Positions 39,438-52,974 of a stretch of DNA of 64,000 bases are shown piece after piece; positions within the stretch are counted from its first letter, which is position 1; the number at the start of each line of letters is the position of its first letter. The notes beneath the pieces were generated by a model. It was not told where the DNA came from. It ran no database searches and saw only the letters and a program-made list of their open reading frames with translations. Location of the stretch: NCBI GenBank assembly GCA_047495785.1, contig JBLDXI010000030.1, positions 310,001 to 374,000 of the forward strand. The letters run 5' to 3'. The stretch comes from Lepidodermella squamata (lineage: Eukaryota; Animalia; Gastrotricha). The position numbers were made by a program, and so were the translations under genes.

Positions 39438-42164
39438 ATGGGTTTAGCAGCGTTTTTTGTATCCAGCTTTTTCTTGCTTTGCGTTCAAGCGGACGAACTC
39501 TGTATCTGGAATGCGACATTAGGGATCGGTGCATCCAGCAGCTGCACATACATAATACCTTCTAATGATTTCGCCCCCGAGAACCCAGCTAAGTTTCCTC
39601 TAGGAGCGCTGGTTACTGCATACTGCCTAAACGATGTTAAGATCGTGACTCGTATCAAGTGCCTAGATGGCGGTTGGTGGACTAAGTCGATCACGTCGTG
39701 TGCAAGTTTTAGTAAGTTACTTCATTACGAATCCAAACCCTTAAGGCTCTTCCTTACCCCGATGAAGGCGTGGCTTCTGAAATTAACAACCAAACCTGTT
39801 CGTGGCCTGTTACAATGCAATCTTTGCACACGTACCTGATTTCGTACAATAACGAACAAACCTGGGAAAAGCCGAGCTCATTATCGACAATTGTTCAGTC
39901 CTCCATCGTAAGAGATAGCTGCCCGTCTGGGGCTTACATCCAAACAACATGCTTGAACGGTCGATTCCTACCTGACCCCTCTGGTTTCACGTGTGGAGAG
40001 CCAACTGCAACTCCGCCCTCTAAACTCGCCGCTTTTTGGCCACTCACTCTTGATACTGAGCGCCGAGCTATCACACCTGGAACTCCGGAAATGAGCACAA
40101 CGAACGAAGTCTCTCTATCGCGGATTGACCCTGCGTACAATCAAACTGCTTACATGATAGGCGGGGCTGGTCAGGGGTTGTTAAATGCCGATAAACTCAA
40201 ACAACTCGCCGGATCAACTTGGACTATAGCAGTTCTGGCCCGTGGTTCTTATCAGGGCGACCTCGTTACTGTTAACTACAACTTGCGGAGTAATAAAGTA
40301 TCGGTTGCTGCTGGAAGCGTGTTGATAAGCCTGCAGGGGACAACAAGCGAAGTGAAAAATACCGACTTCGGCAACTACAACGGCTGGTTCCTCTACATGA
40401 TAGGCTATGACCAAGCAGCTTCCAAAACGCTTTCACTTGTTGCGAGCAAGGGAAGCTCATCTGTGTTCATTACGTTCGTCAATCAGCAGCCGCAAGCAGG
40501 CGAAGGGACTGTAACAGCTCCGGCAGGGGTTATATTAGGCGACATTAAGTAAGTACTTCTGGCACACCCTGCTGGTTTGACTTGATCCTCTATTTCCATG
40601 ATCAATAAGGTCAACTGCTGGCGGTGAAGTAGCCTGCATTATGAAGTTTGACGCATATTACTCCGACGCAACGTCGGCTGATATCTTGTATCGTCATTGC
40701 TTGAAAGGTTTCTTCCAATGATTTAATGAACTTCATCCAGATTCAGTCTTTTAACCAGCCATCTCTTCACCGTTGCATGTGGACAAATCCTGCACCACTT
40801 GCGCCTGGTCTTATGACGAGAACCTTTCAATCAATATTGCGAATTTTAGTATCTACTTTCTGGTTTCTTATACTACACCTTAATGCTTGTAATTGCCAGA
40901 TAAAGTCTACCGAAGAGGGGCTGCCACTATCACTCAAAATGGAATGCTGATCCGCCTAGCTGCAATGGGACAACAAGGCGTAATTTGGTCACCTGTGGTA
41001 TTAAGCTATTATCAAAGCCATCGTAGATAGAAAATAATTGCATTTTCAGTCATTCAGTGCCTCGACCGCGTTGAGTATCACATAGACATGCCGATAAGCG
41101 TCATTGACCTTGAATTCTGGTTTGTCGCAAGTTCGTCTCTCGATTTAACAATCGGATCAGACACCAACACAGCCTTCAATGTGAAGACGAACTCTTTAGC
41201 TGGCATGTTTGTCAGACGATATGCAACTGGATATTACCGCGTTGAATATTCCGCAACTCCTGCATCGTCAACTCAAACAGTGGTAAATAACATACCAAAC
41301 TCGATCGCTGCCGATGCAATTATTCTAGAGAAAGTCGGCAATACTTTGAACGGATTTTGCATGAGCGGTGTCAGTGTGACACATATATTCTCTGCCCCAA
41401 TCGACGGCTTCAGTTCGATCACAGATGGAATCGTTTTCGGCGTCTATGCAAAATTCAATTACGACAAAGCGCCTGGTCATACAACGGCCTATTTGTATCA
41501 AGTCAAGTTCTACACGAATGGCCCGATAACTACAACTTCAACATCCAGCTCTACAACCATCCCGCTTGCTTCGTCCTCATCTACAGCTGCATCTTTCGTA
41601 TACGAATTGAGCATGAATTTGACGATAACAGGGGACAAAATTGTCATACCCCAGAGTGGTGATAAAAGCAACCTTACGATCTATTCGAATCCTTGGGATG
41701 TGAGTCTTAACCAGCCGAACTCACCGTCTTACAAGGCTTTGGTTGATTTCATGATGCCACTCCTCTGGCAGCTGTCCAACAATTCTGCTCAGGCCCTGAA
41801 TTGTCAAGTCATGTGGATAAACATTGTTAAGTTTCGAAAGGGCAGCATCATTGCTGACTACATTGTCGCGCTGCGCAGTTTGACGCAATTTACTGAAAGC
41901 GAAATCGCGGCTAAAGTCAGAATTGCAACCGAGCGTCTTAAAGCGACTTCGGACTTGAAACTTGCAAATGGCCTTGAAACATCGCGATTGGGTGAAAACA
42001 TGATTCGAGGCATAAGTGGACCACTTTTGCCGAGTGGTGATGTTACTTCGCGGACTAAACCAGCTGATAAAATGGAGAATTCACAAAATAGCGCTGCTGG
42101 GGCAAAGTGGAGCATCTTCATTCTCTTATGCTTATTTCTCCCTATTTTTGGAAAATTCGATTAA
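39438..42164 (+). CDS. Array gene C1 (multi-exon; 7-bp deletion at start of last exon, possibly rescued by an alternative acceptor)
   Basis: MGLAAFFVSSFFLLCVQA signal peptide; conserved exon layout; short stalk; SEA FRKGSII. Confidence 0.75.
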
Positions 42165-42363
42165 CTAATGTACCTAGTGACTACCTTCTAGTGATTGCTT
42201 GCTTCTTTCTTTCTCGATTAAATCGATACTTTTATCTAAGAAACTCACTTGTATGCAATTTAACCCTTTCACGGCGGGAAGGACGATTTCGGAATTGAAA
42301 ATTTGCAGAAAGTTGAATTTGATGAATTCTTGATCGCCATTTTGAGGAAGTTTGCTCTTCAAT

Positions 42364-42913
42364 GTTGGCTATAACCGGGGACAAAATTGTCATACCCCAG
42401 AGAGGCGATAAAAGCAACCTAACAATCTCTTCAAATCCTTGGGATGTGAGTCTCAACCAGCCAAACTCACCTACATTCAAAGCTTTGGCTGATTTCATGA
42501 TGCCACTGCTCTGGCAGCTTTCTAACAATTCCGCTCAAGCGTTGAATTGCCAGGTCCTGTGGATTAACATTACGGGGTTCCGGAAGGGGAGCGTAATCTC
42601 AGACTACATTGTCGCTCTCCGGAGTTTGACGCAATTTACCGAAAGCGAAATTTCGAATAAAGTCAGAATTGCAACCGAACGTCTCAAGGCAACAACAGAC
42701 TTGAAACTTGCAAACGGCCTTGAGAAATCGCGACTGGGTGAAAACATGATACGAGGCATAAATGGACCACCTATGACAAGTGGCGATGTTACATCGCGGA
42801 ATAAACCAGCTGATCCAATCGAGACTTCACAAAATAGCAGTGATACTGGAGCAAATGGGAGCCTTTTCTTACTCGCAGGCTTACTTCTCCTTATTTTTGG
42901 AAAATTTAATTAA
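42364..42913 (+). pseudogene. Orphan SEA plus GPI-tail fragment of a C-type gene
   Basis: Begins mid-SEA (ITGDKIVIP), no signal peptide; diverged from the C1 SEA. Confidence 0.75.
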
Positions 42914-43734
42914 CTAACGTTCCTATGAAATAACTTCTAGTGATTTGTGACTCTTCTCTTTCTCGATTTAATCGATAAATCTATTTGAGATTGTTTGTAA
43001 ATCCAGGGAACTAATTCTTTTTTACAAACTTATGGATCTGTATTTTCTTGCGCAGTAAAACACATACACTTCTCCTCAGAAATCAATGGCTTTGAAGAGT
43101 TACTGTTGCTTGATCAAACTTACGGTTGCTTGATGTACTGATACTATGCCTGCAAATACACAATGCTTCGCCGATAATTGCACCCAAGCATTAAACAAAA
43201 TCCTTTGCAACTGGCAAGATCTCTTTCCAGCGAAAAAATTAAAATCCTTCGTCAGCTGTTTCCCTCGTTTCCTCGCGGGTCTGGACCGGATCTCTACCTC
43301 AACCTCAACGACGTCAAAGAAATTAAATAAAAATAAAAATGAAATGATAAATCATCGTCATCGGCGCGGAAAAAAGCCTAAAAAGTGTTTTCCAACTTTG
43401 AAAATCTCGCAACATCAAAATTGCCAGTTTTATATGTCACCGATAATTCAGGAGGGTTACTCGCCCCCGCTCTTTCAGTCCAGTGTTTGCATGTTTGTCT
43501 TTTGAAATTGCGCCTACTTAAAATTTTCTGATCGATTTGAGGTTGAAGCTAGATTTTTTAATTGGTATAACACTCTCCCCTGGTTTTTAAAATTTAAACT
43601 CTTGATTTAGAACTGTTCATAGGTATATCAGCGGTTCCTAACGAGAAACAAATTTTCCTTCCTCCACTTCCTTACACAAGTTTCCATTCGTGCCCAACAA
43701 AAGCATTCTGGAATATATTTCGAAAGTAGTAGGA

Positions 43735-46663
43735 ATGTGCTTGCCCTATAGACTCTCCACCTTTGTTTTAACTTCGCTGTTGGCCGGCCACGTCAGAGGT
43801 GACGCCCAATGTGTGACAAACGGAACTATATCAGACGTGAAAATGATGTACTTGGTGAATCACGTCGATGGCTGGAGGGAGTTGACCGCATCTTCGCCGA
43901 CAAATTACCCTGTCGGAACGGTAATCAAAGCTGCATGTTCTTCGGAACAAAGTAGCGAGCTTTCGCTGCAGTGCTTGGACGGTGGCTGGTGGTCGCAAGA
44001 GGTAACAAGCTGCAATAGCACCCGTAAAGTATCTTCAACGTGCAGATGGCCGGCGTCTGTCGATGGAACGTCCATATACGCGATCTCGTCGGATTTCCTA
44101 GAATCGTGGGTAATCGCAGCTAACTTAGACACAACAGACTTCAATGTATACGATATGATTAAACAAATTTGCCCTTCTGGGTTATACCGCATTAGCACTT
44201 GCATCAACGGACAATTCTTACCGGACCCTGCCAACTTCCAATGCGACCAAGTCACGGCCAGCAGCATGTCCTTGCTAGCAGCTGGCTGGCCACTCACTTC
44301 AGATACTTTGTTATCTGAGATAACTGCATCGGGTATCAATTTCGAGGGTTCGAGTACCGTGCCGTCACAGAGCTATGGAAGTTTCGGAGAAAATGGATAC
44401 CAGGTTGGCGGGAATGATGGGCTCAGTCTTATTAGCAACCCCAAGCAGCCATTATATGGCGAGAATTGGACATTATCAATACTCGCACGTGGAGATTACA
44501 TCGGCCAGCTTGTGATGATAAATTTTTTGTCTAATAACTACTCGATCGCGGTTAGTGATGGCCTCGTTTCGATAACTTTGAAAAGGGGTAACCCTATCAA
44601 GATTCCGAACCCGAAATTCGGCAATATTTCTGAATGGGTTCTTTATAAGGTTAGCTTATATCGTGGAATGCTAACATTCAGTGCAGCCGGTGTGTTGAAC
44701 CACGTTGTTAGAAGACCTCTTGCACTGTTGGCCGATTCGGGTTCCATTCCAAGCGAAGATCAGATATTTACCATCGGCAGAAAGTTAGTCGCGAAAATTC
44801 TTGCTATTTTAATTAATACGCCTTATTACAGAAATTCATTGCCGGGAACTGTTGCTTGTCTGATGATATTCAATGCTGGCTATTCAGACCAGAACACGGC
44901 CGACCTACTCTATCGATACTGCCTCGCAGGTTGCTTGAACTGATGTTTCCAAAATATACATGGCCTTTGACCTGAACAATACGAAAGGATATCCACGTTT
45001 GAAGCTGTTTCTCAGAATCCGTTATTATTCTGAGAAACAGCTTCAATTGGTGAAAATGAGGAATCCAGGTATATGAGGTAGAAGTTTAGAAATAACTTGC
45101 TCTTAGGAAGCTATTTAAGTTTATTGTTCCGATTGTCGACTAAATAAGATTGTCGTCTGACCAAGCGCTAAGCATTGTTGATGAATGGTTAAGATGAATT
45201 TTAGCATATAGCATCTGCATCGATTCTTGTTTTCGGCCTTCGGCCTCTCAAGCATTTTAGCCAAACCTTCAATTTAGTCTTTCCTCTTAGCGATATCTAC
45301 GCCTTCGGCAGCTCCAACCCCCTGCTCGACCTGTGGATGGACCTACGACAGAGCATTGTCGATCAACATAGCTAATATACGTAATTCAGTGAATTTCAGA
45401 TAAATCTATAATTTCATTGATTGCAATAGACCAAGCTATTCTTCGAGGCTCTGCCGTGCTATGGGACAATGGAATGTCCATTCGCCTGGCTACTTTTGGC
45501 ACGCAAGGAGTTGTTTGGTCTCGAACGGTAGGTGCCAATCTTATATCCAAAGGAATCAATATACATGAATTACATCACAGCCAATTTCGCCCAAATCTGA
45601 TTGGAGGATGGAGATTTACATGGCTTTTGACCTGAACAATACGAAAATCAATATATTTCTCGCAGCAGCAAGTTGTGTCAACGTAGCCCAGCGCAGAGCT
45701 AATATTGATGAGTCCAATCTCGACGTCGAACATTTTTCTGGTCTTTATTTCCAACGACCCGCGACAGGTCCATGTGGCGTTTACGTCGCTTCGACGCCAG
45801 TAAACATCGGTTCCGCAATTCAGACTGGCTCGTCGGAATCGTCATGCTTCTGGCAGGGCTTAATCTTGGAGAAAAAAGGCTCGGTCCTCTCAGCATACGC
45901 TAGATCAAATTCGGAAGCCACTTTTCTTCTCAGTGCTTCAGTCTCTGGGTTGGATAGCATCAACGATGACCTATACTTCGGAATAGTTGCTGCCTACGCC
46001 CCTCATCCTCCACCGTTCACGACCATGGTTTACCTGTACCAAGTGAAATTTTACACAACTAATGTATCATTTACAACTACAACAACACCAGCAACAACAT
46101 CCTATTTGAGTACAACTGAACCGTATTACGAGCTGAGCATGAATCTAAAGATATATGGTGACGAAATTGTGATACCGACAAGTGGCGTCAGCATAAAAAC
46201 GAACCCATGGGATCCAAGCCTTGACCAGCCGGGGTCAGCAAATTTCATAGCATTGGCTAACTTCATGATGCCAGTCATTTGGGATCTGGCTAATCAAACA
46301 GCAGCGATGATGGGCAATACACAGGTAGTTCGGGTAAACATCACAGGATTCCGAAAGGGAAGCATCATCGCGGACTACATAGTCGTGCTCCGGGGTTTAA
46401 CGCAATTAACAGAGAGCGAAATTGCACTGAAAGTATCTATCGCTGTACAGAAATTGAAGGACGCTGCTACAAAGCTGTCGAATGGTTTGGATTCCTCTCG
46501 CCTTGGTGAAGTATCTGTGGTCAAAGTAAATGGCCCCGTGACAGGGCACGAAAAGCGAATCATCGATTCAACGTCTGAATCAAAGACTTCCAATGGATCT
46601 GCGAGAAAAGTGGCTAACTGTCTCATACTCAGTTTGATATCGGCCTTGGTTATTCTCGAGTAA
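43735..46663 (+). CDS. Full-length array gene B2 (lacks intron 1, very short stalk)
   Basis: MCLPYRLSTFVLTSLLAGHVRG; both sushi-like modules in one exon; SEA FRKGSII. Confidence 0.82.
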
Positions 46664-46772
46664 CTCGCAATATGATGTAAGAGCGCTAAAATTGAATTTA
46701 TAATAATGATATAGGTAATAGTAAAAATCGCAACAATAGTGCAATAAAACAAAACAGCATTTCAGCAGTATA

Positions 46773-46952
46773 CAGGGTGGCCAAAAAATTTTGCAGAAGG
46801 CGAATTCGATGCGCATCAATTTAATGAGCAGTTTCAAGAAATTGAGGAGTTCCATTGGCAAAAGAATACTTAAAATTCTTGAACTTCTTAAAACTCCTCA
46901 TTAAAATGATACGCATCGAATTCGCCTTCTGCCAAATTTTTTGGCCACCCTG
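46773..46952. mobile_element. Tc1/mariner-type palindromic MITE (180 bp)
   Basis: About 70-bp TIRs starting CAGGGTGGCCAAAAAATTT; TA on both sides. Confidence 0.85.
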
Positions 46953-47572
46953 TAAATATAAAGTGTATTGAATCAGGTTAGTATCAGGAATTAAAGTATA
47001 TAAATCACAACAGACCCAGACGAAAATCATTAGACCGAGAGCTCAGTAGATCGCACGTAGATCCAAAAGAAAAAATATTCGTCCAACATTGCTCTTTTTC
47101 TGACTTATTGTCGATCTATTAGACTGGATCTACGGGCATCGATCCTGTGTAGGTCCTAATTTTACCATTCGATCTACACTAGTAAAAAAAAGCTGATAGC
47201 TAGTTTTGGCGTGTTGCGCTACGTAGCAACTTTCCCTGATAGCTAGTAAGGCGTTATCTATAAGCCTGGTGCCCCCCTAACTAGAACATCGTGCGCTATG
47301 TAACAGGTTGCTAGATAGTTGTAACACAGCGCGCTAACTAGTAATCACGTTAGTTAGAACAGTGCTACATAGAGTGCAACGCTAAACAATAGTTGCGCTA
47401 GGTATCGCTCTAGCTATCATGCTCCGCTCTCCAGCTCAGTTACGCATGAGCTAGCTAGAAGTTATTTAGTTATTTAGACTTCACCTAGCTATCAGCTCTG
47501 CTATATAAAATTAACTATAGCTAGACTATAGTGCCCAAAATAAAATCCAGAAATTAATTTCAACCGACGTTT

Positions 47573-50500
47573 TTATTTTACTGGCAAAGAATCAACGAGG
47601 ACATTTAGAAAAGAGCCACATACATAGGTAGAAAACGTTTTTTTCACCTCCAATGCAGAAATATTAACAATACTTTGTGGTGCATTCATGACTGGCCGTT
47701 GTGCAACTACCGCGCAGTCATTCATTGAGAAGATAGAGCTTCTCAGCTCTAATTTTTCTAAAACCACATAAATTTCATCGTTGAACTCGAATACGAGTCT
47801 TATAAGATTAAAGTCAAGAGAAGTTTTGTTTGTGAACCAGTCGTGGTGATAATGACGTAGCAAGGCAGCGCCAGGTACGAATAAGCAACATGAGCGGTAC
47901 TTCCGATGATGGCGAATTTCCGAGGGCAGTTGATCAACGATTTCGCTGTTGATTGACATCCTTTCAGCTAGGGTCTTCGACTTCACCATTTTGCCCCCAA
48001 TGTTCCTCTCTATAATAAATTTAGAAATTAATCACGTATACGAATACATGGCACAGCAATTTACCTTGAACACCTTTCACAGCTTTGACGAAGGTAGCGG
48101 TCTGCAAAGCCGCGTATTTTGATATCGACACCAATATATTTTTCAAACTTTTCACGGTTTTGTTGATAGATTGGTAAGATCTTTCGCTTCGGTACGTTGT
48201 GTGATAAACCGCAGGTCCGTACTCTGAAATAGATTAATGTTATAAGGGCAATAAAGTGAATATTATCACTTACGTTTGATTTGATTTGAGTAGTGAACAA
48301 GAGAATGGAATTTAGGTTTGAGAAACCCACTGCCATATAGAGCAACGCAAAGCCTCAGGAATCGCTCGACCAGTGAATCGAGAACAAGAAGGTCATCGCT
48401 GTTGACGATGGGCGACATTAAAATGGCAGCAATTTTAACTAATTGAACAAAACAGAGCCAATTTCGCGACCCAAAGAAAACAGGCTTGTTCTGAAAATCA
48501 GTCTGGCGCAATACAAGAAACAAATGAGTTGATATAACCCGGATTTGCCCGCCAGTGGCGTGTAATTTGACTTGGCCGTTCTTCACAGAAAACGGCTGAC
48601 CAGTAGGTTTTCCGGAATGTTTCGCTACGCTGGAATATCGGAATTGAGTGACCGCTGCGTTCAACTTGTCAACAGCAAGACAATGCGCTTGCCGTCCGAA
48701 ATTTACAACAGCGCAAATAACGTATTTCATAACCCCCTAAACACTAAATAGAATAAAGAGAAACGAGAAAGCTGCAAAAAATCACCTCGAAAACATCATG
48801 AAGTACGTCAGAGAGTAGACATTGCGGAAAAGCCAGAGTAATACCGACGCCAACAAGCCAGAAACATGTAGCACCATTTAAACCGCACTTACTTTTGCTG
48901 TAGTGAAACACAGCGATTCAACAATGGCGTCTACTCATAATGTGCTAGCTAGCCTGAAAATTCAAATTTCTGAGCTAGCTAGCCTAAAAATTCAAATTTC
49001 TGAGCTAGCTAGCATGCTTATCTAGTTTCAAAATTTGAATTTCTGAGCTAGCTAGCATGCTTATCTAGTTTCAAAATTTGAATTTATGCGCTAGCTAGCA
49101 TGCTTATCTAGTTTCAAAATTTGAATTTATGCGCTAGCTAGCAGCTTAGCAGATTGCAGTTAACTTACGCTGCTGTCTTTTTGGTAGCTGTTTTCTGAGC
49201 GGCTATAACTTTTATCTCCTTCTTCATGCCGTCTTTAGTCCGGAGCTTGAGTTTGCCGTTCTGCCAGGTCTTTTCGATCGATGTTGCACTTTCGACAAAC
49301 CTAACATTGAAAATCAACTCTATGAGCGTTAATCGATCAAAATTATTCACTTTTTTCGTTTTTGCGAAACCAGTCAAGAAACCTCCGACTTCGTGCGCGG
49401 CCAAGGTGTCTGCCGCCAGTGCTACAGGAAGAATAGTCACCGAATGACCTTGAAATGAATTCATGCCATCAATATCTTCCTGCAGTTTCTCCAGAACCAA
49501 ATTAAGGCCTGTAAATGATGAAAAATGACAAAAAAATAATGGAAGAGAGTGAACCTTTTGTTTTGTCTATTTTCGAGCCAATACTTGAAGACTTGGTTAC
49601 CGCGAGCATGAAAACCGACTGTGAGCTAGTTAGCTCTTCAGGACTAGCAAGAAAAGCCCAACTAAATACCGAGAGCTTCTGATTTTTCGCGAAAGGTCCC
49701 AAGGCCGAAACAGTTGTCACTTCATCGTAATATAGAATAATCGGTAGCACGATTTCACTGTTAGCTTCGTCGATGAGACGTTGAACTTCTGATCCGCAAA
49801 ACATCGATGTCCAAATTCCAGGTTCAGAATTCCTTCGAGATATCAGATTGGCTTTACGATGGAATGCCAGAAACTCAGGAATTTCTTCCAAAATGCGATT
49901 GACTTGCCCTGTAACCTCCAAATAATGCCATGAACCAACCACTTTTATGGAACTAGCAGCCGAGCCGTAATTAAGAGTTTGTTGCCGTTTGTAGTTGCTG
50001 TCCAACCCAGAGAAGATCAAACTCCCCCATGAGTAAGCACAACTTGGGGCGAGACAAGTTAGGATCAAGCCAACAAACGTGATCAGGAAACTAAAAATGA
50101 AACTGATAGCGGTGTCAGTTAGATGATGCTTCAATTTCAAATCGAATAGAAAGTTGAACAGTGATGATCTTATCTCCTCGATACGCTCTAGTAACCCCAA
50201 ATCTTGGCCTCGATCTTCGTTGAGAGGTTCAGCAGGCTCGTTTTCAGCTTGAGCTTGGCCTCGATCTTCGTTGAGAGGTTCAGCAGGCTCGTTTTCAGCT
50301 TGAGCTTGGCCTCGATCTTCGTTGAGAGGTTCAGCAGGCTCGTTTTCAGCTTGAGCTTGGCCTCGATCTTCGTTGAGAGGTTCAGCAGGCTCGTTTTCAG
50401 CTTGACCTTGGCCTCGATCTTCGTTGAGAGGTTCAGCAGGCTCGTTTTCAGCTTGACCTTGGCCTCGATCTTCGTTGAGAGGTTCAGCAGGCTCGTTTTC

Positions 50501-52974
50501 AGCTTGAGCTTGGCCTCGATCTTCGTTGAGAGGTTCAGCAGGCTCGTTTTCAGCTTGAGCTTGGCCTCGATCTTCGTTGAGAGGTTCAGCAGGCTCGTTT
50601 TCAGCTTGAGCTTGGCCTCGATCTTCGTTGAGAGGTTCAGCAGGCTCGTTTTCAGCTTGAGCTTGGCCTCGATCTTCGTTGAGAGGTTCAGCAGGCTCGT
50701 TTTCAGCTTGAGCTTGGCCTCGATCTTCGTTGAGAGGTTCAGCAGGCTCGTTTTCAGCTTGAGCTTGGCCTCGATCTTCGTTGAGAGGTTCAGCAGGCTC
50801 GTTTTCAGCTTGAGCTTGGCCTCGATCTTCGTTGAGAGGTTCAGCAGGCTCGTTTTCAGCTTGAGCTTGGCCTCGATCTTCGTTGAGAGGTTCAGCAGGC
50901 TCGTTTTCAGCTTGAGCTTGGCCTCGATCTTCGTTGAGAGGTTCAGCAGGCTCGTTTTCAGCTTGAGCTTGGCCTCGATCTTCGTTGAGAGGTTCAGCAG
51001 GCTCGTTTTCAGCTTGAGCTTGGCCTCGATCTTCGTTGAGAGGTTCAGCAGGCTCGTTTTCAGCTTGAGCTTGGCCTCGATCTTCGTTGAGAGGTTCAGC
51101 AGGCTCGTTTTCAGCTTGAGCTTGGCCTCGATCTTCGTTGAGAGGTTCAGCAGGCTCGTTTTCAGCTTGAGCTTGGCCTCGATCTTCGTTGAGAGGTTCA
51201 GCAGGCTCGTTTTCAGCTTGAGCTTGGCCTCGATCTTCGTTGAGAGGTTCAGCAGGCTCGTTTTCAGCTTGACCTTGGCCTCGATCTTCGTTGAGAGGTT
51301 CAGCAGGCTCGTTTTCAGCTTGACCTTGGCCTCGATCTTCGTTGAGAGGTTCAGCAGGCTCGTTTTCAGCTTGAGCTTGGCCTCGATCTTCGTTGAGAGG
51401 TTCAGCAGGCTCGTTTTCAGCTTGAGCTTGGCCTCGATCTTCGTTGAGAGGTTCAGCAGGCTCGTTTTCAGCTTGAGCTTGGCCTCGATCTTCGTTGAGA
51501 GGTTCAGCAGGCTCGTTTTCAGCTTGAGCTTGGCCTCGATCTTCGTTGAGAGGTTCAGCAGGCTCGTTTTCAGCTTGAGCTTGGCCTCGATCTTCGTTGA
51601 GAGGTTCAGCAGGCTCGTTTTCAGCTTGAGCTTGGCCTCGATCTTCGTTGAGAGGTTCAGCAGGCTCGTTTTCAGCTTGAGCTTGGCCTCGATCTTCGTT
51701 GAGAGGTTCAGCAGGCTCGTTTTCAGCTTGAGCTTGGCCTCGATCTTCGTTGAGAGGTTCAGCAGGCTCGTTTTCAGCTTGAGCTTGGCCTCGATCTTCG
51801 TTGAGAGGTTCAGCAGGCTCGTTTTCAGCTTGAGCTTGGCCTCGATCTTCGTTGAGAGGTTCAGCAGGCTCGTTTTCAGCTTGAGCTTGGCCTCGATCTT
51901 CGTTGAGAGGTTCAGCAGGCTCGTTTTCAGCTTGACCTTGGCCTCGATCTTCGTTGAGAGGTTCAGCAGGCTCGTTTTCAGCTTGAGCTTGGCCTCGATC
52001 TTCGTTGAGAGGTTCAGCAGGCTCGTTTTCAGCTTGAGCTTGGCCTCGATCTTCGTTGAGAGGTTCAGCAGGCTCGTTTTCAGCTTGAGCTTGGCCTCGA
52101 TCTTCGTTGAGAGGTTCAGCAGGCTCGTTTTCAGCTTGAGCTTGGCCTCGATCTTCGTTGAGAGGTTCAGCAGGCTCGTTTTCAGCTTGAGCTTGGCCTC
52201 GATCTTCGTTGAGAGGTTCAGCAGGCTCGTTTTCAGCTTGAGCTTGGCCTCGATCTTCGTTGAGAGGTTCAGCAGGCTCGTTTTCAGCTTGAGCTTGGCC
52301 TCGATCTTCGTTGAGAGGTTCAGCAGGCTCGTTTTCAGCTTGACCTTGGCCTCGATCTTCGTTGAGAGGTTCAGCAGGCTCGTTTTCAGCTTGACCTTGG
52401 CCTCGATCTTCGTTGAGAGGTTCAGCAGGCTCGTTTTCAGCTTGAGCTTGGCCTCGATCTTCGTTGAGAGGTTCAGCAGGCTCGTTTTCAGCTTGAGCTT
52501 GGCCTCGATCTTCGTTGAGAGGTTCAGCAGGCTCGTTTTCAGCTTGAGCTTGGCCTCGATCTTCGTTGAGAGGTTCAGCAGGCTCGTTTTCAGCTTGAGC
52601 TTGGCCTCGATCTTCGTTGAGAGGTTCAGCAGGCTCGTTTTCAGCTTGAGCTTGGCCTCGATCTTCGTTGAATGTTCAGCAGGCTCGTTTTCAGCTTGAC
52701 CTTGGCCTCGATCTTCGTTGAGAGGTTCAGCAGGCTCGTTTTCAGCTTGACCTTGGCCTCGATCTTCGTTGAGAGGTTCAGCAGGCTCGTTTTCAGCTTG
52801 AGCTTGGCCTCGATCTTCGTTGAGGGGCACGATTGGTTGACCTCTGATCGGCGGGGCCACAACGCCAGGATGAGCCGCTTTGTGATGTGCATCAATTTTG
52901 CGCTTAGTGAATTCATAAACGCCGCATAATCCACAGTTAAACCGTTTCTGGCTACGAGGCTCGTGTTTCACCAT
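47573..52974 (-). CDS. EnSpm-type DDE transposase (spliced, N-terminal C2H2, 17-aa repeat insertion, 1-nt frameshift near 52670)
   Basis: LYYDEV..SALG...KL, AADTLAAHEVGGF, DVLHDVFEG, KPKFHSLVHY, YGP...YRSE motifs across GT-AG-bounded exons. Confidence 0.78.
48944..49145. repeat. GCTAGC-rich 29-bp and 49-bp tandem repeats in a transposase intron
   Basis: gctagcatgcttatctagtttcaaaatttgaattt.. x3, preceded by two related shorter units. Confidence 0.7.
50204..52824. repeat. 51-bp minisatellite, about 51 copies
   Basis: Unit ttggcctcgatcttcgttgagaggttcagcaggctcgttttcagcttga(g/c)c. Confidence 0.97.

Noticed and set aside
45229-45253. Hammerhead-like GGCC-GAA-GGCC-GAAA on the minus strand
   Set aside because: Core reads CUUGAGA rather than CUGANGA, with no convincing stems I and III
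50204-52824. CRISPR-like array; 831-aa and 928-aa repeat ORFs as real proteins
   Set aside because: Units are contiguous with no unique spacers; the long ORFs are alternative frames of the minisatellite
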